64,000 bases of DNA from Patescibacteria group bacterium (GTDB lineage: Bacteria; Patescibacteriota; Patescibacteriia; JBDRGY01): positions 797-64,796 of the forward strand of contig JBDRGY010000004.1 in NCBI GenBank assembly GCA_043817315.1, in the 5' to 3' direction. A program made the translations under genes and the position numbers. The notes below the pieces were generated by a model. That model was given only the letters and a program-made list of their open reading frames with translations, was not told the origin of the DNA and ran no database searches. Of the stretch, positions 28,567-37,969 are shown one piece after another. The stretch's first letter is position 1. Each line of letters opens with the position of its first letter.

Positions 28567-29187
28567 ATGGAAAGGCTAATTAAGGAGTTAATAGACCAGG
28601 GGGTCTTAAAGACCCCGGAGATAATAGAGGCTTTTCACACTGTAAGAAGGCGTGATTTTTTGCCGGCAGGCTTAGTGCCAGAAGAGGAAGTAAACGCCCC
28701 TTTGCCTATCGGTCACGGCCAGACTATTTCTCAACCCCTGACAGTTGCCTTTATGTTGGAATTGTTGCAGCCCCAGCCTGGTGATAAGGTTTTGGACATC
28801 GGTTCCGGTAGCGGTTGGCAGACAGGACTGCTGGCTTATTTGGTAGGGGATAAAGGAAGAGTGATTGCCTTAGAGAGAGTTCCCGAATTGAAAAAAAGGG
28901 GAGAAGAAAACCTCCAAAAATACAAATTCCGCAATGTTGAATTCAGAACAGGAGACGGCACCAAGGGTTTGGCAGGGCAGGCTCCCTTTGATAAGATAAT
29001 CGTAGCGGCAGCTGCTCTGGAAATTCCCAATCCTTTGAAAAAACAGTTGGTAGTGGGCGGCCGTTTAGTCATTCCGGTGGGGGAGGGGGAGCAGGCCATG
29101 AATTTATTAATCAAGAAAGCAGACGAAGAATTTGAAGAAAAGAAATATCCAGGATTTCGATTTGTACCATTAATCAGCGACCAGTAA
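28567..29187 (+). CDS. pcm: protein-L-isoaspartate O-methyltransferase
   Basis: HGQTISQPLTVAFMLELL...VLDIGSGSGWQTGLLA. Start placed at MERLIKEL. Confidence 0.85.
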   Translation: MERLIKELIDQGVLKTPEIIEAFHTVRRRDFLPAGLVPEEEVNAPLPIGHGQTISQPLTVAFMLELLQPQPGDKVLDIGSGSGWQTGLLAYLVGDKGRVIALERVPELKKRGEENLQKYKFRNVEFRTGDGTKGLAGQAPFDKIIVAAAALEIPNPLKKQLVVGGRLVIPVGEGEQAMNLLIKKADEEFEEKKYPGFRFVPLISDQ

Positions 29188-29260
29188 CAAGAAACGGGTA
29201 ACGAGCAAAAGGTAACATCTATACTCTCGTTACTCATCACCCATTACTCATTCCTAAACT

Positions 29261-30337
29261 ATGAAAGCAATTATCATGGCGGGGGGTGGGGGCACCAGGT
29301 TGTGGCCCGCCTCCAGAGCCAACAAGCCAAAACAATCCCAAAACTTATTGGGCAATAAGACCTTATTGCAGATTACCTATAAACGGGTGCTCCAGTCTTT
29401 TAATAAGAAAGATATTTATTTAACCTTAGGCCAATCACATCTCAAAGATGTAAAAAAGGAATTACCGGGGTTTACCAAGGATAATTATTCAGTTGAGCCC
29501 TCATTAAGAGACACTGCACCGGCGATAGGTCTGATAGCCGCCGTTTTAAACAAAAGAGATCCTGATTCAGCTATGGTTACTTTGAGCTCTGACCACTTCA
29601 TCAAGGACACAGCGGCCTTTACCAAAACAATGAAGATGGCTGCCAAGATTATCAATAAGTATCCTGACTACACGGGAGTTTTGGGAATTAATCCCACTTA
29701 TCCGGAAACCGGCTATGGCTACATAAATATCGGTAAAGAAATTACTAAGGTTAATAAGGAACCCGTTTTTAGTGTTAAGAGTTTTACGGAAAAGCCCGAC
29801 TTAAAGACAGCCCAGAGATATCTAAAGAGATGGGATTATTTATGGAACTCCGGAAACTTTATCTGGAAGACAGACCATTTATTGTCTTTATTCCAAAAAT
29901 ACCAACCTCAAATTTATCGCAAGTTAATGATTTTGCAGAAATATGTTGATACACCCAGATGGCCCCAGGTGCTAAAGAAGGAATACTCTACTATAAAGAA
30001 GGTGGCCATTGAATTTGCTATCTTGGAAAAAACCAAGAAGATATTCTGCATTCCCTCGTTATTCGACTGGACCGATATCGGTCATTGGCGTTCGGTTAAA
30101 GAAGTGTTATCGGATACAGCAGAGGACAACGTCATTAGGGGCCGGCATCTGGGCATTGATACTAAAGGCTCCCTTATCTATAATCTTTCGGACAAATTAA
30201 TCACCACTGCCGGAATCGAAGACATGATTATAGTTAACACCAAAGATGCCATCCTAATCTGTCCCAAAGACAAAGCCCAAGATGTTAGGGAGATAGTCAA
30301 GAAGATAAAAAAGAAGGGTTATCGCAAGTATCTATGA
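29261..30337 (+). CDS. mannose-1-phosphate guanylyltransferase-like nucleotidyltransferase
   Basis: MKAIIMAGGGGTRLWPASR N-terminal NTP-transferase motif. ManC-like length and layout. Confidence 0.7.
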   Translation: MKAIIMAGGGGTRLWPASRANKPKQSQNLLGNKTLLQITYKRVLQSFNKKDIYLTLGQSHLKDVKKELPGFTKDNYSVEPSLRDTAPAIGLIAAVLNKRDPDSAMVTLSSDHFIKDTAAFTKTMKMAAKIINKYPDYTGVLGINPTYPETGYGYINIGKEITKVNKEPVFSVKSFTEKPDLKTAQRYLKRWDYLWNSGNFIWKTDHLLSLFQKYQPQIYRKLMILQKYVDTPRWPQVLKKEYSTIKKVAIEFAILEKTKKIFCIPSLFDWTDIGHWRSVKEVLSDTAEDNVIRGRHLGIDTKGSLIYNLSDKLITTAGIEDMIIVNTKDAILICPKDKAQDVREIVKKIKKKGYRKYL

Positions 30338-31065
30338 AAAGTCAATTTCAAACCGTAGACGGTCACCGAATTGAATACTACCAGCTGGGCCAAGGACAGC
30401 CCCTGTTTTTTTTACACGGTTGGGGTGCCCGGCCAGTCGCCTATAGCCAAACCATTAAAAGATTAGCCGACCGTTTCCAGGTGATCGCTCCGGTTATGCT
30501 GGGCCATGGTCGGTCCGATCCAGTTCCTCAGGATTATAAATTTCATGATTACGCCGAGGTAGTCAACCGTTTCCTAAAAAAAATGAACCCTCAAAATCCG
30601 ATTGTAGTGGGGCATTCCTTAGGAGGAGCAGTCAGTATATATATTGTCGGACATAACTCCAGCATAAACAAACTATTTTTAGTTAATTCCTCCGGTTTAC
30701 ACATTGAAAGATCAGGCAGTCAATGGAGAAATCTATGGATCCGCAAAGCCTTATTCAATCTCAAATACCCTCACGGATGGCGCCAGCTTGCTTATTTTTT
30801 TCTTAATTCGGCCAAACATTTCTCTGATCTGAAGATATCAGCTCGTTTGACTCAGGGCCTGGATCTGGAAAATGTGCTACAATATATTAAAGTACCTACT
30901 TATTTACTTTGGGGGGATCGGGATTACTTCTTTCCGGTTGAGTATGCCCAGCGTTTTTGCCAGAAAATTCCCACCTGCCATCTGGAAATTATCAATAATC
31001 AAGGTCATGACTGGTGTTTGGTCAGGCCCCAATTATTTAGTGAAGTTTTTTCCAAATATGCCTAA
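30334..31065 (+). CDS. alpha/beta hydrolase
   Basis: GHSLGGAV nucleophile elbow. HGWGARP oxyanion region. Confidence 0.6.
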   Translation: MKSQFQTVDGHRIEYYQLGQGQPLFFLHGWGARPVAYSQTIKRLADRFQVIAPVMLGHGRSDPVPQDYKFHDYAEVVNRFLKKMNPQNPIVVGHSLGGAVSIYIVGHNSSINKLFLVNSSGLHIERSGSQWRNLWIRKALFNLKYPHGWRQLAYFFLNSAKHFSDLKISARLTQGLDLENVLQYIKVPTYLLWGDRDYFFPVEYAQRFCQKIPTCHLEIINNQGHDWCLVRPQLFSEVFSKYA

Positions 31066-32089
31066 GATAAAAAAAGTCACAATTATTATTATAGTTCTGG
31101 TCATTGTCGGAATTTTTTACCTTTTGCAATTGACCTACCAAATCAATTCTAAAAACAGTGATGCTACTGATTCCGTATTTTTTTCCATCGAGCCAGGCCA
31201 GGGCGTCAATGAGATCAGCTTCAATCTGCATGAGGCGGGATTAATCAAAAGTCAGTTTGCTTTTGAGGTTTATTTATGGTTTACCCGTTCCGAGTCAGAT
31301 TTAAAAGCCGGGGAGTTCCAGATCGGCAAAGACATGAGCACTAAAGAGGTCATTCGCATTTTAGTTGACGGTTCCAATTCCAATGAAAGCGTCATCCAAA
31401 TAATTGAAGGCTGGAGAGTTACTGAAATAGCTGAGTATTTGGCGGAGAAGGGAATTGTCTCTGCCAATGATTTTGTGGAAGCGGTATCGGTTCAGGACTC
31501 CAGAACACTTATTCCTGATAAAAATTATGATTTTCTCAGCGACCGCAGCTTGCTGGCTGATTTGGAAGGATATCTTTTTCCTGACACCTACCGGGTATTT
31601 AAAGACTCTGAGGCCGCAGACATTGTAGAGAAGATGTTGGACAACTTTGACTCCAAGCTGACCCAAGAAATGCAGCAGGAAATTGCCAAGCAGGGAAAGA
31701 CCATTTTTGAAATTGTAACCCTGGCTTCTGTTTTGGAAAAAGAATTGCGTACCGATACAGACAGAAAGATGGCGGCTGATTTATTCTACCGCCGCATTGC
31801 TGCAGGGATTCCCATGCAATCTGATGCCACAGTCAATTACGTAACCGGAAAAAGTATGTTGCAGCCTACTTATACAGACACTCAAACCGAATCTCCTTAT
31901 AACACTTATTTATATCGAGGCTTACCACCAGGTCCCATTTGTAATCCATCGCTTTCTTCAATCCAGGCAGCTATTTACCCTGAGGGTAATCAATACTGGT
32001 ATTATCTGAATAAGCCTGACGGCACCACGGTTTTCAGCAAAACTTTAGAAGAACACAATAGTAATAAGATTAAGTACTTGAGTGATTAA
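31058..32089 (+). CDS. mltG: endolytic murein transglycosylase MltG (YceG-like)
   Basis: N-terminal TM. YceG-like core ...PPGPICNPSLSSIQAAIYP. Start at internal ATG 31058 (MPKIKKV). Confidence 0.8.
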   Translation: MPKIKKVTIIIIVLVIVGIFYLLQLTYQINSKNSDATDSVFFSIEPGQGVNEISFNLHEAGLIKSQFAFEVYLWFTRSESDLKAGEFQIGKDMSTKEVIRILVDGSNSNESVIQIIEGWRVTEIAEYLAEKGIVSANDFVEAVSVQDSRTLIPDKNYDFLSDRSLLADLEGYLFPDTYRVFKDSEAADIVEKMLDNFDSKLTQEMQQEIAKQGKTIFEIVTLASVLEKELRTDTDRKMAADLFYRRIAAGIPMQSDATVNYVTGKSMLQPTYTDTQTESPYNTYLYRGLPPGPICNPSLSSIQAAIYPEGNQYWYYLNKPDGTTVFSKTLEEHNSNKIKYLSD

Positions 32090-32771
32090 AATGAAAACAA
32101 TAGTATTATCTTTAGGCGGTTCCTTGATTATCCCTAGTGATAATATCGACATCAACTACCTCAAAAAGTTCCGTAAGTTTATCTTGTCCTTGGTCAAGAA
32201 GAAATATCGAGTGATTATCGTAGCCGGTGGGGGACGGGTTAACTCCAAATATAATAAAGCAGCCCAGCAATTAGCCAGAATCAGCGATGAAGATTTACAT
32301 TGGATCGGCATCAAGGCAACACATCTTAATGCGGAACTTCTAAGGTCAATCTTTTCCCAGTGGGCTTTCCCTAAAGTGGTAGTAAATCCTACCACCAGGA
32401 TAAAAACCAATAAGCCGATAATAATTGGAGCTGGATGGCTGCCGGGCTGTTCCACGGATAAAGATGCGGTGCTCTTGGCTATCAATTTTAAAGCCAAGGA
32501 AGTGATCAATCTGACGGATGTCGATTATGTCTATGATAAAGACCCGGATAAACATAAAGATGCCAAACCGATCAAGCAGATATCCTGGCCAGAATACAAG
32601 AAAATGTTTGGTGAAGTGGTAAAACCACGAATGTCTTCTCCCTTTGACCCCGTGGCCACTAAATTGGCTTGTCACCAGGGAATCAAAGTAGTAATATTAA
32701 ACGGTCGCAAGCTGAAAAATCTGAATAATCATCTATCAAATAATAAGTATTTAGGAACAGTAATAAAATAG
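32082..32771 (+). CDS. amino-acid-kinase-fold protein, archaeal-type UMP kinase-like
   Basis: IVLSLGGSLI...VIIVAGGGRV. Length about 229 aa. Confidence 0.6.
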   Translation: MIKMKTIVLSLGGSLIIPSDNIDINYLKKFRKFILSLVKKKYRVIIVAGGGRVNSKYNKAAQQLARISDEDLHWIGIKATHLNAELLRSIFSQWAFPKVVVNPTTRIKTNKPIIIGAGWLPGCSTDKDAVLLAINFKAKEVINLTDVDYVYDKDPDKHKDAKPIKQISWPEYKKMFGEVVKPRMSSPFDPVATKLACHQGIKVVILNGRKLKNLNNHLSNNKYLGTVIK

Positions 32772-32772
32772 T

Positions 32773-33102
32773 ATGGCGGAAATCGAAAAAATTGGGGAAG
32801 AAAGTTTTATTGCTTTCGATAAGAAAAATATTTCCAAGGTACCGCATGTAGCCGGTATTATTGAGTTGGCCAATTTGGAACGAGAGGTCATCTATATTGA
32901 TTCCTCTCCGGATATCAATAAAAAACTGTTTGAATTGATTGATTCGTATGACCCTTGCCTGGATAATGCAAAATTTTACCGCATTGAAATTAATCCCGGA
33001 GTTGATCAAGGTTTATTAAAAGCTTTTCAGCGCTATAAAGAGGCTCACGAGAACCATATTCCCCGTTGCAATCGTATGGATCCCACTCGTCGAGTGAAAT
33101 AA
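32773..33102 (+). CDS. small degenerate GIY-YIG-like protein, tandem paralog 1 of 3
   Basis: SKVPHVAGIIELAN..VIYID...C...FYRIEINP...YKEAHENHIPRCNRMD. Confidence 0.55.
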   Translation: MAEIEKIGEESFIAFDKKNISKVPHVAGIIELANLEREVIYIDSSPDINKKLFELIDSYDPCLDNAKFYRIEINPGVDQGLLKAFQRYKEAHENHIPRCNRMDPTRRVK

Positions 33103-33113
33103 TACTAATTCAT

Positions 33114-33437
33114 ATGGTGGAAGTAGAAAAAACAGGCGAGAGCTACATTAGGCTCGAAGAAAAGGCCGTATCCAAAGTTCCAACTGTGGCCGGCACTTTT
33201 GTCCTAGCCGATAAAGCCAGAGAGATTATCTACATCGGCATGGCTAAAAATCTGAATAAAGCACTGATGGATACTCTCGAAGGTTACAATTCCTGCCTGA
33301 CCAAGGCCAATTACTTCCAAATTTCCATAAATCCCAACCCCAAAGAAGGAGTGACTAATCTTTTTATCGAGTACAAAGAAGAACATGGTGGCTTTATCCC
33401 TAGGTGCAATAAATACGATCTCTCTCTTGGTAGATAA
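33114..33437 (+). CDS. small degenerate GIY-YIG-like protein, tandem paralog 2 of 3
   Basis: SKVPTVAGTFVLADKAREIIYIGMAKNLNKAL...IPRCNKYD. Start at internal ATG 33114. Confidence 0.55.
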   Translation: MVEVEKTGESYIRLEEKAVSKVPTVAGTFVLADKAREIIYIGMAKNLNKALMDTLEGYNSCLTKANYFQISINPNPKEGVTNLFIEYKEEHGGFIPRCNKYDLSLGR

Positions 33438-33473
33438 TAAAAAATAATTGAAGGTAATTTAAATAACCATACT

Positions 33474-33809
33474 ATGGCAGGAATTGAAAAAATCGGTGAT
33501 GACTTTCTGCCTTTTAATGATAGGACCGTTTCCAAAGTGCCAGGCGTGGCTGGTACTTTTATCTTGGCTGATAAAGCTAGACAGATTGTCTACATCGGCT
33601 TTGGTACTAATCTGAACAAAATGTTGATGGATGTCAAAAAAACCGGCAATATGTGTTTGGGCAGGGCCAGCTTTTATCAAATTGCCATGAACCCTAGTCC
33701 GCTAGAAGGAGCAGCCCGGATTTTCTCAGATTACAAAGAGGCCCATAGCGGAATGATACCCCGCTGTAATAAGTATGATTTGTCGGTTAATATCGGCCGA
33801 TTGCCTTGA
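33474..33809 (+). CDS. small degenerate GIY-YIG-like protein, tandem paralog 3 of 3
   Basis: SKVPGVAGTFILADKARQIVYIGFGTNLNKML...IPRCNKYD. Confidence 0.55.
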   Translation: MAGIEKIGDDFLPFNDRTVSKVPGVAGTFILADKARQIVYIGFGTNLNKMLMDVKKTGNMCLGRASFYQIAMNPSPLEGAARIFSDYKEAHSGMIPRCNKYDLSVNIGRLP

Positions 33810-33810
33810 C

Positions 33811-33861
33811 CCCGTCGCTCGCGAGCGACAGGGTTGACAAGTATTTCTGACACTATATAAT
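33811..33861 (+). promoter_or_regulatory. strong hairpin plus consensus sigma70-type promoter (TTGACA-16-TATAAT) for rplJ-rplL
   Basis: CCCCGTCGCTCGCGAGCGACAGGG palindrome, then TTGACA (33834-33839), a 16-nt spacer and TATAAT (33856-33861). Confidence 0.6.
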
Positions 33862-33976
33862 TGATTTACATCTAAATAGCCGCAGACAATAGGTATCCCC
33901 TAAAAAGGGAATAAACCCTATCTAGGCAATATACCTAACAGGGTCTGTGGTTATCCACAGATTTTTTAATAATATT
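33862..33976 (+). promoter_or_regulatory. rplJ leader with attenuator-like hairpin (putative L10(L12)4 autoregulatory leader)
   Basis: About 115-nt leader ending in CTGTGG-ttat-CCACAG followed by ATTTTTT, 10 nt before the rplJ ATG. Contains TTATCCACA. Confidence 0.45.
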
Positions 33977-34498
33977 ATGGCCAAAACCAAGCAAAGAAAA
34001 AAAGAAGATATTAAGAATCTCGAAGCTAAATTTAAGGAAGCCAAGACTATTGTTTTTGTTGACTATAAAGGTCTGGCAGTCAAAGAAGTAGAAGAGTTAA
34101 GGAAGAATCTTCGCGACAATCAAATAGATTACGTAGTATCCAAAAAGTCCTTAGCCAATATTGCCGCTGAAGAAGCTGGCTATCAGGATGTGGATCTTAA
34201 GAAGTTAGAGGGTCAACTGGCCATAGGATTTGGCCAACAAGAAGTTTTGCCTGCTAAATTGCTTTATCAGTTTGCAGTGCAACACGAGTCGTTAAAGTTA
34301 CTGGCTGGTTTGGTTGATGGCAAAATGGTTGACCAAGAGAGGATTACGGCCTTGGCTCAATTACCAACCAAGGAGGAGCTATTAGCCAAAATGGTCGGCT
34401 CTATCAAGGCTCCAATTTCCGGCTTGCTCAATGTACTACAGGGAAATATGAGGTCTCTGGTTTATGCCCTCAAAGCCATAGCAGAATCAAAAAGTTAA
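33977..34498 (+). CDS. rplJ: 50S ribosomal protein L10
   Basis: MAKTKQRKKEDIKNLEAKFKEAKTIVFVDYKGLAVKEVEELRKNLR. Start at the internal ATG. Confidence 0.9.
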   Translation: MAKTKQRKKEDIKNLEAKFKEAKTIVFVDYKGLAVKEVEELRKNLRDNQIDYVVSKKSLANIAAEEAGYQDVDLKKLEGQLAIGFGQQEVLPAKLLYQFAVQHESLKLLAGLVDGKMVDQERITALAQLPTKEELLAKMVGSIKAPISGLLNVLQGNMRSLVYALKAIAESKS

Positions 34499-34523
34499 TT
34501 ATAAGTAAGATAAAGGAGTAAAT

Positions 34524-34964
34524 ATGACAGATGAATCAAAACAGGAGGAAGTTAAAGAAGAGAAAGAAGAAAAAAAGGAAGTTGAAGTTCCCGCCAAGTT
34601 TCAAGACATTGTAACCAAGATTGAAGGTCTTTCCGTGGTTGATTTGGCAGAATTGGTTACCATCCTGGAAGACAAATTTGGTGTCTCGGCTGCTGCTCCG
34701 GTAATGGCCGTGGCCCCTGGTGCCGTAGCCGGACAGGCAGAAGCAGAGGAGAAATCTTCCTTTGACGTTGAGCTAACCGAAGCCGGCGGTAATAAGATTT
34801 CCGTAATTAAAGTGGTCAGGGAAGTAACTCAAAAAGGTTTGAAAGACGCCAAGGACTTAGTTGACGCTGCCCCCAAAGTGATCAAAGAAGGGGCAACCAA
34901 GGAAGAAGCCGAAGATATCAAGAAGAAAGTCGAAGAAGCAGGCGGTCAGGTTACTCTAAAGTAG
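34524..34964 (+). CDS. rplL: 50S ribosomal protein L7/L12
   Basis: [17 protein letters not shown]...[56 protein letters not shown]. Confidence 0.9.
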   Translation: MTDESKQEEVKEEKEEKKEVEVPAKFQDIVTKIEGLSVVDLAELVTILEDKFGVSAAAPVMAVAPGAVAGQAEAEEKSSFDVELTEAGGNKISVIKVVREVTQKGLKDAKDLVDAAPKVIKEGATKEEAEDIKKKVEEAGGQVTLK

Positions 34965-34974
34965 ATTGCAATAA

Positions 34975-35020
34975 CAAAAAAGGACCGAAGAGGATATGCT
35001 CTGTCGGTCTTTTTTATTTC
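34975..35020. terminator. bidirectional rho-independent terminator between rplL and the convergent minus-strand gene
   Basis: GGACCGA...TCGGTC hairpin, A-run before and T-run after. Confidence 0.55.
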
Positions 35021-35028
35021 AGTAATTA

Positions 35029-37287
35029 TTATAGGCTGATTTGGAATAGCTTAGTTTTATTAAGTAGGTAGATTGTTGCTTCATCATCGGTAACCACAAA
35101 GTCTTTGAGTCCATCAAATTGATCCGATCGGTATTGATTTATCAACAGACCTTTTTTATCCAGTATCACTAAGCGATTATTTTCTGGATCTAGAACGTAG
35201 ATGTTGTCCAGTTCCGACCGAGTGTAGATGCGAGTGGAGTTGGATAGGGAGGGCTCAAACTGACCAAGGGTAAATTCATCTTTAGCCCCCTGGGTCAATT
35301 TCCAGATCTGGCCGTCAGCCTTTAAGACATAAATATTACCATCGATAGTTATTGAAGTTGCATCGGTCAGATCCAATTCTTCAGTTATCCAGGATTGACC
35401 AGAAGCATACCCGGTAGCAGTGGCATTGTGGCGGAAGATTTGATTATTCTTGGTGTCAAGAATATAAAGCCGTCCCGCGAAACTTTCTAAGTATCCGACT
35501 TGCTTATCTTGGTTGGCAAAGCTAATTTCTCTCTCGACCAGACTACCATCAGCCAAGGCAAATCTGGCAATCTTATCAGAATTGGTGTAGAACACAATAT
35601 AGTTATTATCCGAAGGAATAGCCTTCATCTGGAGGTTGCCGATTTCTTCCGTGGTATTAGTCACAATATCGGATTCTTTAGTCTCCAGATCATAACCGTA
35701 GATAGAATTATTATTGGGATTAAATGAATATATTTTGCCATTGATTAAAGTAATTCCTCTAACTGCAGCTCCTTCTTCGGCCGTGGCGAAATCAAACACT
35801 TCGGTAGGTTCAGTAATATTATTGATATGATTTATTTTATCTGACTTTTCTCGAATTGACTTATTAAACTGAGCAATCTGATCTTGGAATTGTTTTTTAT
35901 CCGGTAATTGGCCGACCAGATCCCGGGCAACATTGAGGATAGCCAGGGCTTTTTGGTCGTCTCCGTAGATAAGGGTGGCATCAATCTCGGCCAACTTTTG
36001 ATCAATGTCGGTAATTATCTGATTGTATTCTGTGGTTACTTTTTCTTTCTCCTGTCCCTCTCCTAGCGTAACTATGCTTTGGGCGAAACCGAATATGAGG
36101 ACAAAAGCAATGATCAGCAAGGCCTTTCTCTGAGTGGGTAGGCCCCGGAATTGTTCAATCCAGGTGGCCAGATTAACCGCCACTTTATCGGGAAAACTTT
36201 TTAGTTGCTGACGGGATGTTTTCCAGTTTTTGAAAAAGTTATAGATCCCCAAAAGTCCTTTGGTGATCAGTAGGAAGATGCCTTTGATAATATTCCAAAA
36301 AACCATGGCAATTCTTAGCAGCAGGTTGCCCTCCTTTTCTTCTTTGTATTTGGGTTCCTGGCTGGGGCGTACTTTCTCGGGATAAGATTTCTCTTCTTTG
36401 GTCTGGCGCAGGACTTTCTCATTAAAAAATGCCCTGGCCTTATCCGTGCTGGCCAGCAAGTTTTTCTTAACAGCCGGCCACAAAGAGGGGGTAAGTAATT
36501 CGGAAGTTTGTCGCTCTCTGGTTTGTAATTCGTCCATTGAAACTTGAGGAGCCGAGTACTGTGAATGTTCCAGATGGAGGGGCATATAGGTTTTCTTGGC
36601 CTCTGCTTCGGTCAGGGCATGAACGATTAGGGCGGCAAAAGTAGTTCTCTGGTTGGTATCAATCAGCAAGTTTTCAATGTAGGCGGCAGCGTCCTGAGGC
36701 CGGGAACCGGAAATTGTTCTTTTAAGTTTTTCTTGGGAGACAAAATCAAAAAGGCTGCTGGTGGCACAAAGCAAATAATCACCTTCGGCCAGCTGTCCCG
36801 AGACGATATTGGCAAATATTTTTAGAGGATTAATTTCTATTTCGGCAGGAGTTTGAGAAGCCTCCAGGATATCGACAATCTTGGGTCCGTGAATTAATAA
36901 GGCTTTCATGGTTCCCAGCTGAGTAAGGTGAAGTTCGTTATCTTTGATAACGGCGATAATAATATTCAGTTTATCCACCCAGTTGGTCAAACCGTCCTGG
37001 ATAAGTTGGTGCAGTTTTTCATTGGTTTTCTGCAGGGCGTTTTCAAAAGCAGTCTCAATGTTAAGATCAGACGATTGATAATAATGTTTTTTGACTTCTT
37101 CTTGAATGGTGTTGATGATATCCTGATTTATCCTGTCCTGGGAGTGGATGTCGGTAATAATCAGTAGTTTTCCAAAAGTGTCTTCTTCCACCGGGGTGGG
37201 ATGGGAAATATAAACATTGCCGGTTGACTGTGATTTGTCCGGGTCGTATATAAGAAACTTGTCTACAACGATAGTGGTTTTACTCAT
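35029..37287 (-). CDS. membrane protein with N-terminal PP2C-like phosphatase domain, TM helices and C-terminal beta-propeller-like repeats
   Basis: PP2C-like ...NIIIAVIKDNELHLTQLG...GDYLLCATSSLFDFVS. Two TM segments mid-protein. Repeated IYxLDxxNNxI units at the C-terminus. Start placed at MSKTTIVV (37287) rather than the listed 37404. Confidence 0.5.
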   Translation of the reverse strand: MSKTTIVVDKFLIYDPDKSQSTGNVYISHPTPVEEDTFGKLLIITDIHSQDRINQDIINTIQEEVKKHYYQSSDLNIETAFENALQKTNEKLHQLIQDGLTNWVDKLNIIIAVIKDNELHLTQLGTMKALLIHGPKIVDILEASQTPAEIEINPLKIFANIVSGQLAEGDYLLCATSSLFDFVSQEKLKRTISGSRPQDAAAYIENLLIDTNQRTTFAALIVHALTEAEAKKTYMPLHLEHSQYSAPQVSMDELQTRERQTSELLTPSLWPAVKKNLLASTDKARAFFNEKVLRQTKEEKSYPEKVRPSQEPKYKEEKEGNLLLRIAMVFWNIIKGIFLLITKGLLGIYNFFKNWKTSRQQLKSFPDKVAVNLATWIEQFRGLPTQRKALLIIAFVLIFGFAQSIVTLGEGQEKEKVTTEYNQIITDIDQKLAEIDATLIYGDDQKALAILNVARDLVGQLPDKKQFQDQIAQFNKSIREKSDKINHINNITEPTEVFDFATAEEGAAVRGITLINGKIYSFNPNNNSIYGYDLETKESDIVTNTTEEIGNLQMKAIPSDNNYIVFYTNSDKIARFALADGSLVEREISFANQDKQVGYLESFAGRLYILDTKNNQIFRHNATATGYASGQSWITEELDLTDATSITIDGNIYVLKADGQIWKLTQGAKDEFTLGQFEPSLSNSTRIYTRSELDNIYVLDPENNRLVILDKKGLLINQYRSDQFDGLKDFVVTDDEATIYLLNKTKLFQISL

Positions 37288-37392
37288 ATTTATACCTATA
37301 TTATGATACGAATATGCTTCTAAGGCAAATGGCTTGAATTTGTGGGGCAACAATATTATACTATAAATATAACAACTAATAAATGCGGGAAA

Positions 37393-37959
37393 ATGCTTGA
37401 ACACTTATTTGGTTCACGGACCAGAGTTAAATTGCTTCGATTATTTCTGTCCAATCAGGAAAGAGCCTTTTTTGTCCGGGAATTAACTCGCAAAATTAAT
37501 GAGCGTATAAATTCTGTTAGGCGCGAACTGACCAATTTAGAGAAAATAGGAATTATTATCAAGAGAACAGAGAAGAGAAAAGTTTATTACCAAGTCGATA
37601 AAGAACACATCCTTTATCAGGAATTAAGAACTTTGATCTTAAAAGCGGAAGTTGGCTTGGAGAGAAGCTTGGCCCGTACCATTAAGAATATCGGAAATGT
37701 TCGGCTGATGGTTTTAACCGGTATGTTTACCGGCATGAAAGAAGAAACCCAGACTGACATGTTAATCGTGGGTACAATTAACCGAAAAAAGTTAGCTAAC
37801 CTGATGATAAAGTTTCAGACTGACTTTGGTCGTCAGATCAACTATACCGTGATGACTTCCAAAGAATACAAATACCGCAGTGATTTAACGGACCGATTTT
37901 TATTCAACATTCTGGAGAACAATAAAGTTGTCTTGGTGGATAAGATAAATACGGAATAA
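37393..37959 (+). CDS. winged-helix transcriptional regulator-like protein
   Basis: MLEHLFGSRTRVKLLRLFLSN...FFVRELTRKIN N-terminal wHTH pattern. Start at internal ATG. Confidence 0.5.
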   Translation: MLEHLFGSRTRVKLLRLFLSNQERAFFVRELTRKINERINSVRRELTNLEKIGIIIKRTEKRKVYYQVDKEHILYQELRTLILKAEVGLERSLARTIKNIGNVRLMVLTGMFTGMKEETQTDMLIVGTINRKKLANLMIKFQTDFGRQINYTVMTSKEYKYRSDLTDRFLFNILENNKVVLVDKINTE

Positions 37960-37969
37960 GGTAGATCAG

